Shown: piece by piece, positions 25,840 through 38,200 of the stretch
Layout of the letters: the number at the start of each line of letters is the position of its first letter
Numbering within the stretch: position 1 is the first letter of the stretch
Assembly: GCA_965637545.1 (NCBI GenBank)
Contig: OZ281501.1
Coordinates: 11,594,001 to 11,658,000 of the forward strand
Direction: 5' to 3'
Source of the DNA: Phallusia mammillata
Lineage: Eukaryota
DNA length: 64,000 bases
Made by a program: the position numbers and the translations under genes
Notes under the pieces: model-generated
Told to the model about the DNA's origin: nothing
Database searches by the model: none
Seen by the model: the letters and a program-made list of their open reading frames with translations, nothing else

Positions 25840-26649
25840 ATGCCCTCAAAAAATGTTATACTATACCAAACCGGGCGCCCGGTTCGTCAACCGTCAATGT
25901 ACTTGAATATCTTCATCAAAGCCCTGGCAAATGTGACAGTTTGTGGGGTTCTGGGCTCTGAAAAAGGGCAAGCATCAAACCAAGTACAAGATGCGAGCAA
26001 GGTTGAAAAAGTGAAAAGGAAATCGACAGTTAACGATGATGTCAAGGTGTTGAAAAAATATCCGCTAAAAAGAGGGGTAATGAAGGTTTTAGTTTCAGAG
26101 GTCGACAGTCCACCTGAAAAGAGGTCGACAGTCCACCTGAGGAGAGTAAGGTCCATGCCACAATCGATGAAAAAAAAACAGGTTGACTGTCCACTTGAGG
26201 AAGAAGAAAAACAGGTCGTCTGTCCACCTGAGGAAGAAGAAAAACAGGTCGACTGTCCACCCGAAGAAGAAGAAAAACAGGTCGACTGTCCCCCTGAGGA
26301 AGGAGAAAAACAGGTGGACTGTCCAGCCGAGGAAGAAGAAAAACAGGTCGACTGTCCACCAGAGGAAGAAGAAAAACAGGTCAACTGTCCACCCGAGGAA
26401 GTAGAAAAACAGGTCGACTGTCCACCCGAAGAAGAAGAAAAACAGGTCGACTGTCCCCATGAGGAAGAAGAAAAACAGGTCGACTGTCCACCTGAGGAAG
26501 AAGAAAAACAGGTCGAGGAAGAAGAAAAACAGGTCGACTGTCCACCTGAGGAAACTGAGGTCCATAAAATTGCAACCCATGACACCAGCAAAGCAAAGAA
26601 AAAGAGAAAAAATAAGCGACGTTGTTGTAAGTGTTGTTGTATACAATGA
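25840..26649 (+). CDS. Orphan acidic tandem-repeat protein with a polybasic + Cys-rich CaaX C-terminus; start uncertain
   Basis: The frame is open from the acceptor at 25768 to TGA at 26649, with the first in-frame ATG at 25840. It contains (VDCPPEEEEKQ)n with synonymous codon variation in this frame and ends KAKKKRKNKRRCCKCCCIQ*. A probable upstream exon lies at 25506-25603. Confidence 0.65.
   Translation: MPSKNVILYQTGRPVRQPSMYLNIFIKALANVTVCGVLGSEKGQASNQVQDASKVEKVKRKSTVNDDVKVLKKYPLKRGVMKVLVSEVDSPPEKRSTVHLRRVRSMPQSMKKKQVDCPLEEEEKQVVCPPEEEEKQVDCPPEEEEKQVDCPPEEGEKQVDCPAEEEEKQVDCPPEEEEKQVNCPPEEVEKQVDCPPEEEEKQVDCPHEEEEKQVDCPPEEEEKQVEEEEKQVDCPPEETEVHKIATHDTSKAKKKRKNKRRCCKCCCIQ
26182..26556 (+). 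repeat. 33-bp coding minisatellite (10 full units, one internally deleted unit, one partial unit)
   Basis: Consensus GTCGACTGTCCACCTGAGGAAGAAGAAAAACAG. Two diverged shorter relatives lie at 26101-26146. Confidence 0.95.
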
Positions 26650-26762
26650 AAGCATTTGCCAACATGCACACCCATCAGCAGCAGCACAAACAGTTTTGAT
26701 TACCTTTGTTTTAATCCAGTAAAACCGCAGATGGCAGCACGGCCGTACGGCATTGACTAGAG

Positions 26763-27105
26763 CAGTGGTTCTCAACCGCCGGTCCGCGTCAACGTTCCGG
26801 CCGGTCCGCCAATTATATTACAATTTTATATCTCAATTGCAAAATGCAAGATGTTGAAGGCAGAAAAATCGTGTGAAGTCAACGCTCTACTTCGCCTTGC
26901 AAAAAACTTCATTAGAAACGCGTTTAACACGTATGATATCAAACAGACAGCAGCAAACTTCTCATTAAACTGAATTTTTCGTACTGCTTTGATCTGCATA
27001 TTTTTGTCGTGATTACATTTTGGGTTGATTTTGAAAGTTCATCGGTCCGCGAAATTATTTTTGAAAGTTTACCGGTCCGCAAACTTAAAAGGTTGAGAAC
27101 CACTG
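26763..27105. mobile_element. hAT (Charlie/Buster-like) MITE (343 bp)
   Basis: Perfect 15-bp TIRs CAGTGGTTCTCAACC / GGTTGAGAACCACTG, a perfect 8-bp TSD GACTAGAG, and CCGGTCCGC subterminal repeats. Confidence 0.95.
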
Positions 27106-29222
27106 GACTAGAGTTTGCTTTCATTTGTTTTTATATTTTTGATACCTTTCTATCGTTTTATGTGTCATTTTCTGGTCTACGCGTATTAAACTATATTTTT
27201 CGTGCCGATTGTCTTCTCAATGTCGCGTTTTAATGCTTTATTTTAAGACGGGATTTCACCGTTTGGAGCTATTAGTTGTTAGGTTGTCTATTTTGAAGTG
27301 CAAACACGGCGAAATATGCGTTTCGGGTGATCCCTCGTCGAGCATCGATACAAATTGGCCCGCTTACTTGGGGACCGCTTCCCATTCAGGTAATTTTTTA
27401 AAGCAACAAACGGGCGCAATCTTGTCGGTTTCCGCTTGCGAAACGGCTCAAACAAAAGCGCATGGCCCTAGTTGCTCTATGCAACGGCTTTTGTACCTTG
27501 GACTCACCTCATACCTCCATAAGTTGGTTTCTGAAATTGAGACGCACAAATCGCGCGAAACTGCAAAATAAAGACCTGTCGTAAAATTGAGGACTACAGT
27601 ACAGATTTGTGCGTAGTAGAAAGTTGTAAATCGGCGAAAGTACAAGCCCGAAACCCGGGCCGAACACGAATCGTTTTTAAGAAGCCCGTTTAAGCCCAAA
27701 ATTTTGATTAGCAGGCCTTTATATTAAAGCCTCACGAAAGACCAAGACAACACACACAAAAAACAATTGGTCTTTAACAACTCGCTACTTATTTATTCGA
27801 AAATATACTGACATAGAGTGTAAAGTCAAGCCCGAATTGTCAATACAGATCCGACAAAATCAACAAACACAACAACAGATTTTATGGCATCAATTGGTCG
27901 TTACATGCATAGACCCGAAAATGTAGAAAGTACCTAAATTTAAACTTGGCGTGCCGGGTAGTAAAAAGCTACCGTTGAAACGGCTGGGGTTTGCCGATTT
28001 CTGTCCATACTGATATAGTCTACTGCACCGATACGTTTCATTTAACCACTGACGGTGGTATAAGTTGTCGTCGAAACAGTTGAAATCAAACTTACTTACA
28101 ATTTGAAACAATTCCTTCATATTGTCAGTTACTGGCGGCGCGCAAGTTAACGTAAAGGGTTACTGTTTCGTTTTGCCGTGTGTGTGCGCGCGTAACAATA
28201 CCTGTTTGGTACTAGTTGTCTAACAGTACGCGTTAAATACACAAATAAAAATCCGCGTCTCAAGAAAACACCATTCGATGCTACGTGGGAACGTGGGAAA
28301 TTTCATTTGCTTTAACTGTGTACCTAATATGCCAGGTTGTAACTGTGAACACGTGTGTGCGCGGTTCCCGCAATGAATAACAAGGCCCTGAGCTGACCAT
28401 TGATTTGGACATGTTCTCCTGAGTCAGCTGAGCTTCTTGAGCTATGTTATTCTTTACTCGGAAGCTTATTGTTTCTTCTGCTTCTCGTGATTCGTATTGG
28501 TCGTCTGCAGTAGCGAGTAAGTTCATTATTACGATTTTTAACGCTTGCTGCATATATAGAGCCGTATAATATACAAAAGTCCGAACGTATTGCTACTTGG
28601 CTGGCAATATATATTTCCGGTTCCATTATAAAAATAATTAAAAAAAAAAGACTATCATTCTGACAACTACCCTCAAAAGATAACCTGACAAAATAAAATC
28701 TATTTTTTAACAGTTACAGTACTAAATATGTACCTATTCGACCCACCGACCCCCTGGTCTATTTGTGACCGACATGTTTACCGTTTTGACCCCACTCGGG
28801 GTCCTGACTATTGATTTGGGAGCCCCTGGTTCAGAAATTTGTTTTCGTATGATATCTATTTAATTGTTTTGTATCACGTGTTTTAACCGGCCAATGAGGA
28901 AATCGCGAGTCTTGATTGCAGAAGCAAAATTTGGGAAAAAAAGCAAGCTGCCCACGAGTTACAATTGTTTTGCAAGGTGTTGACTGTTGACCAACTTTGT
29001 TTTAGTAACCTAATTCCAGCAGAAATTATGTATTTCCGTATCTTATAGAAATTGGATCATAGACTTGCTGTTGAAAAAAAATATAGCACGAGACTGTTGC
29101 AAATATTAATCAGTGCAGTAAAATCAAACCTTAATTGACAGGCACTTATTCAAATGGGTTAACTAGTGTTAAGGTGCTAAATTTTTGTGATATAACTGCA
29201 AAATGTCATCGCGTTCACCTAG

Positions 29223-32200
29223 TCCAAGACAGAACAGCAGCTATCCTGATCGAAGGTGAGACAAAAGTTTTGTTAAAGATTGTTGAAGTAATATCACCTA
29301 TTTTCACAAATATGCACCTCTGAAGTTTTTATGCACAAGTACATAACATAGCAGTTTTAAATTTAGAGAGTAGAGACAGAGTTTTCACAAACCAACAAGA
29401 AAGTAATGAAGATAAGCAACTCCCAGGATACCCATTGCTCTTCTAGATGTTAATGTTTGCCATATGGTTAATTTGTTTTGGGTTGAATTGACAATGTTTT
29501 AGGAATGCTAGAAAATCCATCTCTTTGAGTCCGATTCGGACAGAAAGTGGAGCCAATCTTAGAACTGCAAACTGGACAAAAATGAGGTTCCGGGCACCGG
29601 GTGAATCCAGAGGTGCATTTCAACAAAGCAACTGGAATCAACGAAACTACAACAATTACAATAATTACAGAGGAAATTTTAATCCACGTGGCAGGTAGAA
29701 AAACATATATACAACTACAATACTATTTTTAAATTTGGCAAGATGTTATGTTGATTGTGAAAAGTTGTGATAACACATCAATACAGAATTACAGTGTGAC
29801 AACTAGGGATTGACCATGGTTAGGCTTGCCATATGTCCCCGTTTAGTCCCAGATTTAAAGCTCTGTCCCGGTGTCCCGCACAGTTAGTGAAAATGTCCCT
29901 TTTCTCAGCGAAAATGTCCCGTTTGGTGAGCCACCAATTCCTAGTATATTTGATTGATGGACTGTTTTACCAATGACACTTGTGTTTCAGTTTAATGATT
30001 TTGATCTTAACAGTATTGTTACATCACAATATGATTGTGAGTTGATCACTGACAACATTTTTGGAATTATCTTTGCTTTCAGGCAGGGGTAGGTGATAGT
30101 GATGGGACGAGTACATGGTACTCGGTATTGATGGTATCGATACTCGGTATCGATATAAGTTCCGCCAGTTTACCTATATCTTTTTCGCTATCACGTGGTG
30201 ATTACATTTTTCGGCATGTGTGAGTGCACACCTGTACCCCAACCATGGCATGGCAGATAAATTAGCCAGCGATATACAACTAAGTACAACACTAGACTTA
30301 AGTACTCGGTAATAGTACTCAGTATTAAAGGTATATACATGTGGTACTCAGACTCGGTATCGGTACTGGCTTCAAAACCTGGTATCGTCCCATCACTAGT
30401 AGGTGATATGATTGCAGTTTACATGAGTATAGTCAAGTGGGGTAAAAAAAAACAATTTTTTGAAACTTTGTTGCCAAACTTTTATTTTAGGCAATAAAAG
30501 GTCAGTTTTTCTTCCCAACAAAGCTGATAGGACTACTTTTATAGTTATGTGACAAGTTTTTGATTTTACTAAAAAACAAAAAAATATTTGACAAAAACTG
30601 TTGTTCTTTTTTAACCCGAAAAAGGTACAAAAAAAACAATGTCAGGGTAAAAAAAAACAAGTGGACATTAGGACCATTTAAAAAAAAATTAAGTGGCAGT
30701 TGGAACTTCAATTCAATTATATGAACTTAATAAACCATCTTAAAGTCAAAGATAAAACAGAAATTTCATTAATAACTCTGTTACAATAAATAAGCCAAAA
30801 AAACACGAGCCACATAAAATTCTTTGTTTTCGAAATTTTGCAAACCAAACTTACAGCAGTTAGTAAACTGTTTGTAAATTAATAAAACACTTTCAAATTG
30901 TTGCTAAGACTTTCCATGGCTTTGTACCTTTATTGCACTGCATTTATTGCCTTTGATTTGGTCTTTTTTGTCATTTACCAGTCTTTTGTTGGTATGCAAC
31001 TAGGTTCACATAGAGCTCGCCCACTTGCTGACCGGTCATGTAACCTAAAACCTTATTGAAATAAAGTTTAATTTTCTACCCCAAACTGCTTGAATTACCA
31101 CATAATGATTTGATAACCTCTTTTTCTTAATTTGTAGCATTTTTCTTTAGGCCTGGATCCCAATTTGTACTTTTCGCCATGCAGGTATACTTTTTGGTAA
31201 AAATTCCTCCAAAACTGGGCCCCCAAAGCAATTTATACAACTTTGGTTTAAGTACATGTTTTATAGGCTTTCTTTTTTCTTTTCTAAACTTCCAGGTGAC
31301 AAAGAAAAATGTTTGGGCCAAAAAAATTTTTGGGGTGCCAAAAATACATAGTTTTTTATTACCCCATTCCTATAGAACCGTTTGGGGTAAAAACGAACAA
31401 CAAGATATCTGAAAAAATTAAGAAGCTAGCCAAGTGGAGTCTTTTTTGTTTAATAGGTCATAGTTATGACACAACACAGAACAAAGATCATTGACACCAA
31501 ACTTGTAATAAAAAATCTGCAGGAAAGTTTCTAAAGGTTGTTGAAGACTTTTTAACATACGAATTTTACTACTGTTGTTTCAACCTGCAGAACATTGCCT
31601 AGAAACAAAATCTGAGAATGGTTTATGGCTTATTTTTTAGGCAGAGAATAAATGCATCCTATGAAAAAGAAAGCATTTAAAAAAAATTTTTGGTTTAGCT
31701 GTGAGGGTATTGTTTTTTTTACCCCAACTTCAGCAAAAATTTTTTTTACCCCATTTGACTATATATATTCAGGATAAAAGCCCATAAGTTATGACTGTAT
31801 CTTCTGAGTTGCAAAACTAGATCTCATTTTTTTCAAATGTAAATAAATGCCTTCAGAACATTATTGTAATACCTATATATATTTTGATGCCATCTTTGCT
31901 CAAGAAAAAAAATGTAGGTTGAATAACAACAAAGTGGTTTGCACAGCTTATATTTTTTTGCAAAATATAACTAATTTTCTTTTTTCATTAAACAGGTTTA
32001 CATGGCAAGGCAAAAATACTTATAAATAAGATAAAACTATGTATACTGTGTAGTATGTAACAGAAATTAAAAACTATATATATAACAAAACTTAAAAAAA
32101 AACTATGTAACTGATGAATAGCTTTATGTTCTAATTTAGCATGGCTATTTCTGTAAACTCATGTTATACTATCAGGTGGCAAAACAGAGGCCGAGGCAAC

Positions 32201-35200
32201 TACAGAGGAAACTGGAATCAACGGGGTGGGGGATATGTTCCCAAGCGTCGCACATATTCCAGAAACTATGATTCGAGGTATTTGCATACTGTGATTATTG
32301 TTGTAGAAAAATCATTTTTATAAATACTATGCCTTATAATATAGGTCACGCTCCAGATCCTATTCGAGATCACGCTCACGGGATCGTTCATATTCTAGTG
32401 AGCGGCGCCGTTCATACTCCCGCTCACGATCACGTTCCTTATCCAAGTCTAGGTCTAGATCTCGTGATCCACCTCAAAGAGCACCGGCATATAAACTATC
32501 ACCCAAAGTTGAGGATAAACCAATTTCAAAACCAGTTGCAGCTCCTTTTTTCAGGTGAGAGTAGTGATTTGAATTACACAAGTCAAACTTATGTACTACC
32601 GCAAAACAATTCCAAAAAATGTTTTAATGTCCTTGGAAATCAGATCATGAACTTTGACATAGATATAGTCATATAAATTTGCCATTTGTTTCTTTTAACC
32701 TCATAGTCCAGTGATTATCCGGCTGAATACAATGTTTAACATCTTGCATGCTGCCAGTCACCACAGTAGTGAACTGTTTACATTTAATTAGAGCAAAACA
32801 AGCAGCCCCACAGCCACAAATATAAGTTTATGCAGCTGTGCCTTGATTTTTCCCTTTTGCAGTTGTCCATGGCTTTTATTTTGTTATGAAAATATTGGTT
32901 TTTATTCCAATATATTACATGATGGACGAGTACTGATACCATGCAGAATCGGGTATCAGTGCATATATTTTTATAGGACTAGTCCCAAAAACAATGCATG
33001 TAGTTTAAGGTTTTTATATGATGCTGTCCTTTAATTTAAGTCCTTACATAAAATTATATACCATTAGCATGCTTTAACACATCTAGAGAAACGGAAAAGT
33101 TTTCCAAAAAGACCCTGGAACCTGGAAAAGTTGGTCTAAGCAAATGGGATTCTCCAGACAAAAAGTTTGATGACGATGCACCTGCCCAAAAATCTGCTTA
33201 CCCATTTAGTGGCCAACAAACAGTTGAAAAATCTGCCTTTAAAACAAACATGGAGTTCAAAAGTTTTCCCGTAAGTAGTGTGATGAAGTCTTTGTGGCTG
33301 TTGAACAATTTGTTTCTATATTTCTTTGTGTAAAAAAAACGTTTCAGACGTATGAACAGGCAACAGCTGTTGGACAGATTGAGCAGGAGGGACATTCTGC
33401 TGCACAAGTTCAACAAATGATGGAGAAAACTGCTCTTGCCTCTGTTGCCCGCCATGAAAAGTCATTGATGAAAATTAGAAAGGCCCAAGGTAAAATGAAA
33501 AAAGTCAGCAAAAGTGATTCATCTGATGATAACTTGGATGAGAATGAAATTCTACAAATGATGAAAAGTGTAAAAAAAGCAAAGAAGAAGAAAAACAAAA
33601 ACAAGATGAGCAAAAAAATGGCGAAGGCAAAACTAAAAAAGATGAAACTGGCCACAGTTTCAAGTTCTTCTGATTCTGATGACAAGAGGTCAGTTAATAA
33701 TGCTCATACTAGTTTGTAGATGTTGGTTTGTGATTTACCATGAATGTTGTGGTTTACAGCTCAGACAATTCATCTGACTCATCCAATCAGGAGGGTGTAA
33801 AAAAGAGGGCTATGTCAGCTTCTAGAAAAAAGAAACATACCAAGGTTAAACCTGGTTCAATGTCTCCACAGCCCAAGAAAATACGGCAAAGTGATGACAC
33901 AAACCTGCTAAATGCCTACAACACTCCAGCTGAAATGAGGTTTGATTAATACACAAAACATAACTAAGGACCAAAAATGTTCTATCTTTTTATTGTTAGT
34001 TTTTCTCACTTTGTCATTTAAGAATTAAAAATATAGCTTTTTTATTGTGAGAGTGTTGGTATACCAATTATTCATGCTCACATAACCAATTGTTAAATCA
34101 ACTGCTCCAGAAAAGACATACCAGTTCAAAGCAGCACCCCATTCATGCCACAAACAATTGCCCAGGCTCCAGGAAATCAACCAGGTACTGTGTAAATAAA
34201 GTAGACATAAATAATTGATAAAACACTGTAGTAATTTGTGTTGTTGAATGTACACTTTCTTCTCTATTTACATGTATAGCATTTCAGAAATTAAGTTCAT
34301 TGTCGGTGTACATAATAGCTATAACATTTTAAAATCTTATTTTTAAATCTTATATATAATGTGTGTGTTGTGGTGTTTGTACTGCAACCATGTTATAAAA
34401 ATTAATATTAACCAAGAATCATGTGATTTCGTCGATGGATATTATAAATATGAAACATTGCAGAAACTTGCTTAATGGTCTTTTTACACCCTTAAAAACA
34501 TAGCTTATGTCTCTTTTCAAAACTTGCAGTTATAGCTGTTGGTATATATTTGTTATGTTTCTATGATTCTACTTGCACAGTCATGCTTATGGCCCCTGGT
34601 CTTGGAGACATGAGGTTTTTGGGAGCGAATGGACAGCCAATGAATCTTATTCAACTTGCTGTTCCTGGGCCTGACGGACAAATGCAGCTTATACAAATTC
34701 CATCAATGGGCGGCGATGGGCAGCAACCAATTGTGATGCTTCCACCAACAGGTTTGAATTCTATGTTGTTTATTGTTCTAATAACAGCTGTTGCATTTCT
34801 AAACAGTTTTTCTGTAAGCATAGATTAATGTATCACTGCAACTGGCATGAAACATACATACATACTTTGCATTGAAACTAGAATTTTTCTATATTTAGCA
34901 ATGCAACAACCACAGCAACCAGTGACTTCATTCCCAACAACGTCTGCTTCTTCTGTTTCACAACCTCAACCAGTTGCGCCACCAAAACCAGTGCCACCCC
35001 CTGCCCCTCCTGGCGAACCACCCACCCACAATAAAACAGCTTTTGAAAATAAATTGAATCAGTTTGATGATGGAAAACAAACAGGCCAGTTTGCAAATGA
35101 AAAGGTATTATAATGAGAAGTTTTTCACAATGTTAAACAGGAACAAATGCTTTTTTACTCAAACAGTTTTGCTTACTGGAGTTATATGTCATTATTTCTT

Positions 35201-38200
35201 GTTTTGACGTATAGTAAACCCCGCTACTTACACTTAATACATGTTGTACATAGATGCAAAAAATTAAGATGTACCTGCAGTTTTTGTTGATTGCATATAT
35301 TAAGTTTCACATTTTTTTGCTCCCAATAAAATCAGGAACTAACAGAAAAACAGAAGAGAAGGAAGGAAGTGATTCGAACACGTTTGTGGCCTCGACCTGC
35401 AACATCCACGTGGGATGAAGAAGGGGGTGAAGCACAAGAGGAAACTGGTGATTTGTTTTTTTTTAATTGCTCCTGTCAATGTTATTTGTTGCATCAAGAA
35501 ATTTCCTCTTCCTTGAAGGTTTGGCTCAACCAATTATAACTACAGCTAATTACGAAATTGTTAATAAGTTTATATCACCCTTTTACATTGTTTAAAACAG
35601 AAAATACAGAAACACCAGTTGACAATGGAAAGAGACAATCTGATTCATGGCCCAAACCTGCCACCTCATCTGCCGATGGTAACATGACTTCCTTCCCCTA
35701 TAACAGTGAATCAATAGGTAAACAATGGTTTTATGACAACAACTAATTTGGACCAATGACATCTAACTACTTTCGGTTTCAGCTTCCCATGCTAAACAGG
35801 ACACGAGCAATCGAGAAAACATTCCAGGATTTTCCCCAGATGCCAAGAACAAAACTGAGGGGCAAAAGATTCCAACATTGTCCAGAGGTTCAATGTTATC
35901 TCAACATGTTGATAATGTTAAAGGTAAATAGTTCTGTAGATACCAAAGTAAAACAATGTTGTATTTTTTTTCTTCAGTTACATAATTTTATAAACATGCT
36001 TTTGTGCAGTCTAAAAATCAATTTTGTTTTTCATTAGTCACCGGATCTGCTGTATTATGACCTGGTTGGTTTATATATTTTTTTCAATTCTTGTGATAGG
36101 CTCTGTGTATGATAGACTTTCAGGCATTGATATTGTTTGATGTATTTTTTTTATTAAGTAACCTCTTTTTTGCAGCAAGTATACCAGTGGAAATGTTTTG
36201 CTTTGTAACAATTTTCCATTTGTTGAAAATGATCTACAATTTTTCCATCAATCCCATGCAAAAAAATGCTTGTAGTTGATTGGTTGACAGCAATTGGCAG
36301 GGTTGGATTGAAATGAAAATGTCCACATACTGCAGATGTAGCAAAAAATCATGCAGATTCTATGTTAAGACTAGCACTTTCCAAATGAAAGTCTCATAGA
36401 GCATTGGATCTGTAATGTTGCTGATGTCTATTGAAAATGAAATCAAAATATATCAAACTTGAAATGTGACACTGAAAAGTGTTGCCTATTGATTGTTGTG
36501 GTTATATGCAAATGTTCTGCACTGCACAGTAAGTTTTAAGTCTTTCTGGCATGGTTTTCATTTATTGTTAAATTTATTAAATACAATGTACAATTGTGTT
36601 GTGTTCCTATCTAATTGTGCTATGTTGTGTTTTCACAGAAACCATAGATGAATTGCCACGAAAGAAACCTGAAATTGTGGAGCATGTATCGATTGGTGAA
36701 AATAGGCCGACAAGCAATGAAGGTGTTGCTTACCACCAACCCCAGCTGGTAGCTTATCCTTCTCATATCACACAACATGGTAAGGACAGAGCACACACTT
36801 TGCCTTATTAATGATGTTCTGTCTTCATCTTCGATAATGATCTGTGAAGCTAAGTTGGTCCTAAAGCACTGAACCGATTATTATGGGTTTGTTTTATGCA
36901 AAACCCTGGGGTGTGTTTCACCCATTTGATCAAGAAAGTGTACTCAAAGCTTATACAATTCACACATGTGACAGTTATGGGCTTCCTTCCTTTAGTTTTA
37001 ACGTTTTTTCTCTCTTTGTTTTCCTGAATTTCATGAACATGATAATGACGCAAAACAATATGTACAAAAAGTTTTCAAGCTGTGGTTGAAATTAATAAAA
37101 GTAATTCTTGCTTTATGTTTTTTTTTTATATAAAATGACCACACCCCATAAATACTGCTACCAATTTGCATGTACACATTGGTTTTTACTTCCAGAAATA
37201 ATCTGTCACAGCAAACTCAAAACAGGGATGATCAGTGGTTTACATTCTAACTGAGTATTAAATATGCTGACAATCATCACAGTTTCATAATGCGATGTTG
37301 AATGGGTGACTTTTAATGCAGTATTCAGAACATGGATAACCAAGCATGTTACCGATTGGAGTTCGTGCTAGTGCAAACACTTGTATTTTTATTCCACATA
37401 TATTGTACACAAATATTTTTACATCTAGCATATGAGCCTGTGTATACTGGAAATCAACCACCCATTGCTTCATCTGCTGCACCAACCCGAACTACACAGG
37501 GTGAATTTGCCAAGGGAAAGGACAGCAAATGGACAGCTGCCGCTGAAGAATTTATTCGTGATCGGTATAGACACAAAAATATACTATGAACATGTTGTAT
37601 AAAACTTACAATCAACATATGTTTAACATATTGTACTGATGAAATTATATTTTTCTCCCAATATATGCGGTGTTTAATTTTTCTGAATTTGTTGAAAACA
37701 TATTACTTCATTATGATGATTTTAAACTTTTAGTTAATTTTTAGGCAACCTCAAAAGAAAAGTAAATATGATGCTCCAGCTGAGAGCAGCTCCGAAGAGG
37801 ATTTTACAACTGCTCTTTTGACAAAGTATGAATGACTAAAGTGTGATTGATGTTTGATCCAAATTTCTGAGGTACACCTTAACTCTATTCCTATGTTTTT
37901 GTATGGTTGTAGAAAATCTAAAAAGCAGGCATATGAGGCACAAATGATGGAAATGCAGGATGATGACATGGCTTATCATGAGGAGGAGGCCAAAAAAATG
38001 AAGAAAAAGAAAAAGAGCAAAAAAGAAAGAAAAGACTCAATGGGAACTGAAGAGGCAACAAGTCCTGTTATGAAGGAGAAAAAACGCAAAAAGAAAAAGA
38101 AAAACAAGGTGAGATTTAAACCTTTGCATATTTGTCAAACTTTTCAAAAAAATTCTGTGGTTGATTAACTGAAATAAACTTATACCTTGGCATAGCAAAC

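Noticed and set aside
26182-26556. CRISPR-like appearance of the regular ~33-bp repeats
   Set aside because: The units are head-to-tail with no unique spacers, there are no cas genes, and the context is eukaryotic.
25887-26775. Long antisense and alternative-frame ORFs over the 33-bp repeat
   Set aside because: By-products of a stop-free repeat. Only the + frame shows synonymous variation and a meaningful terminal motif.
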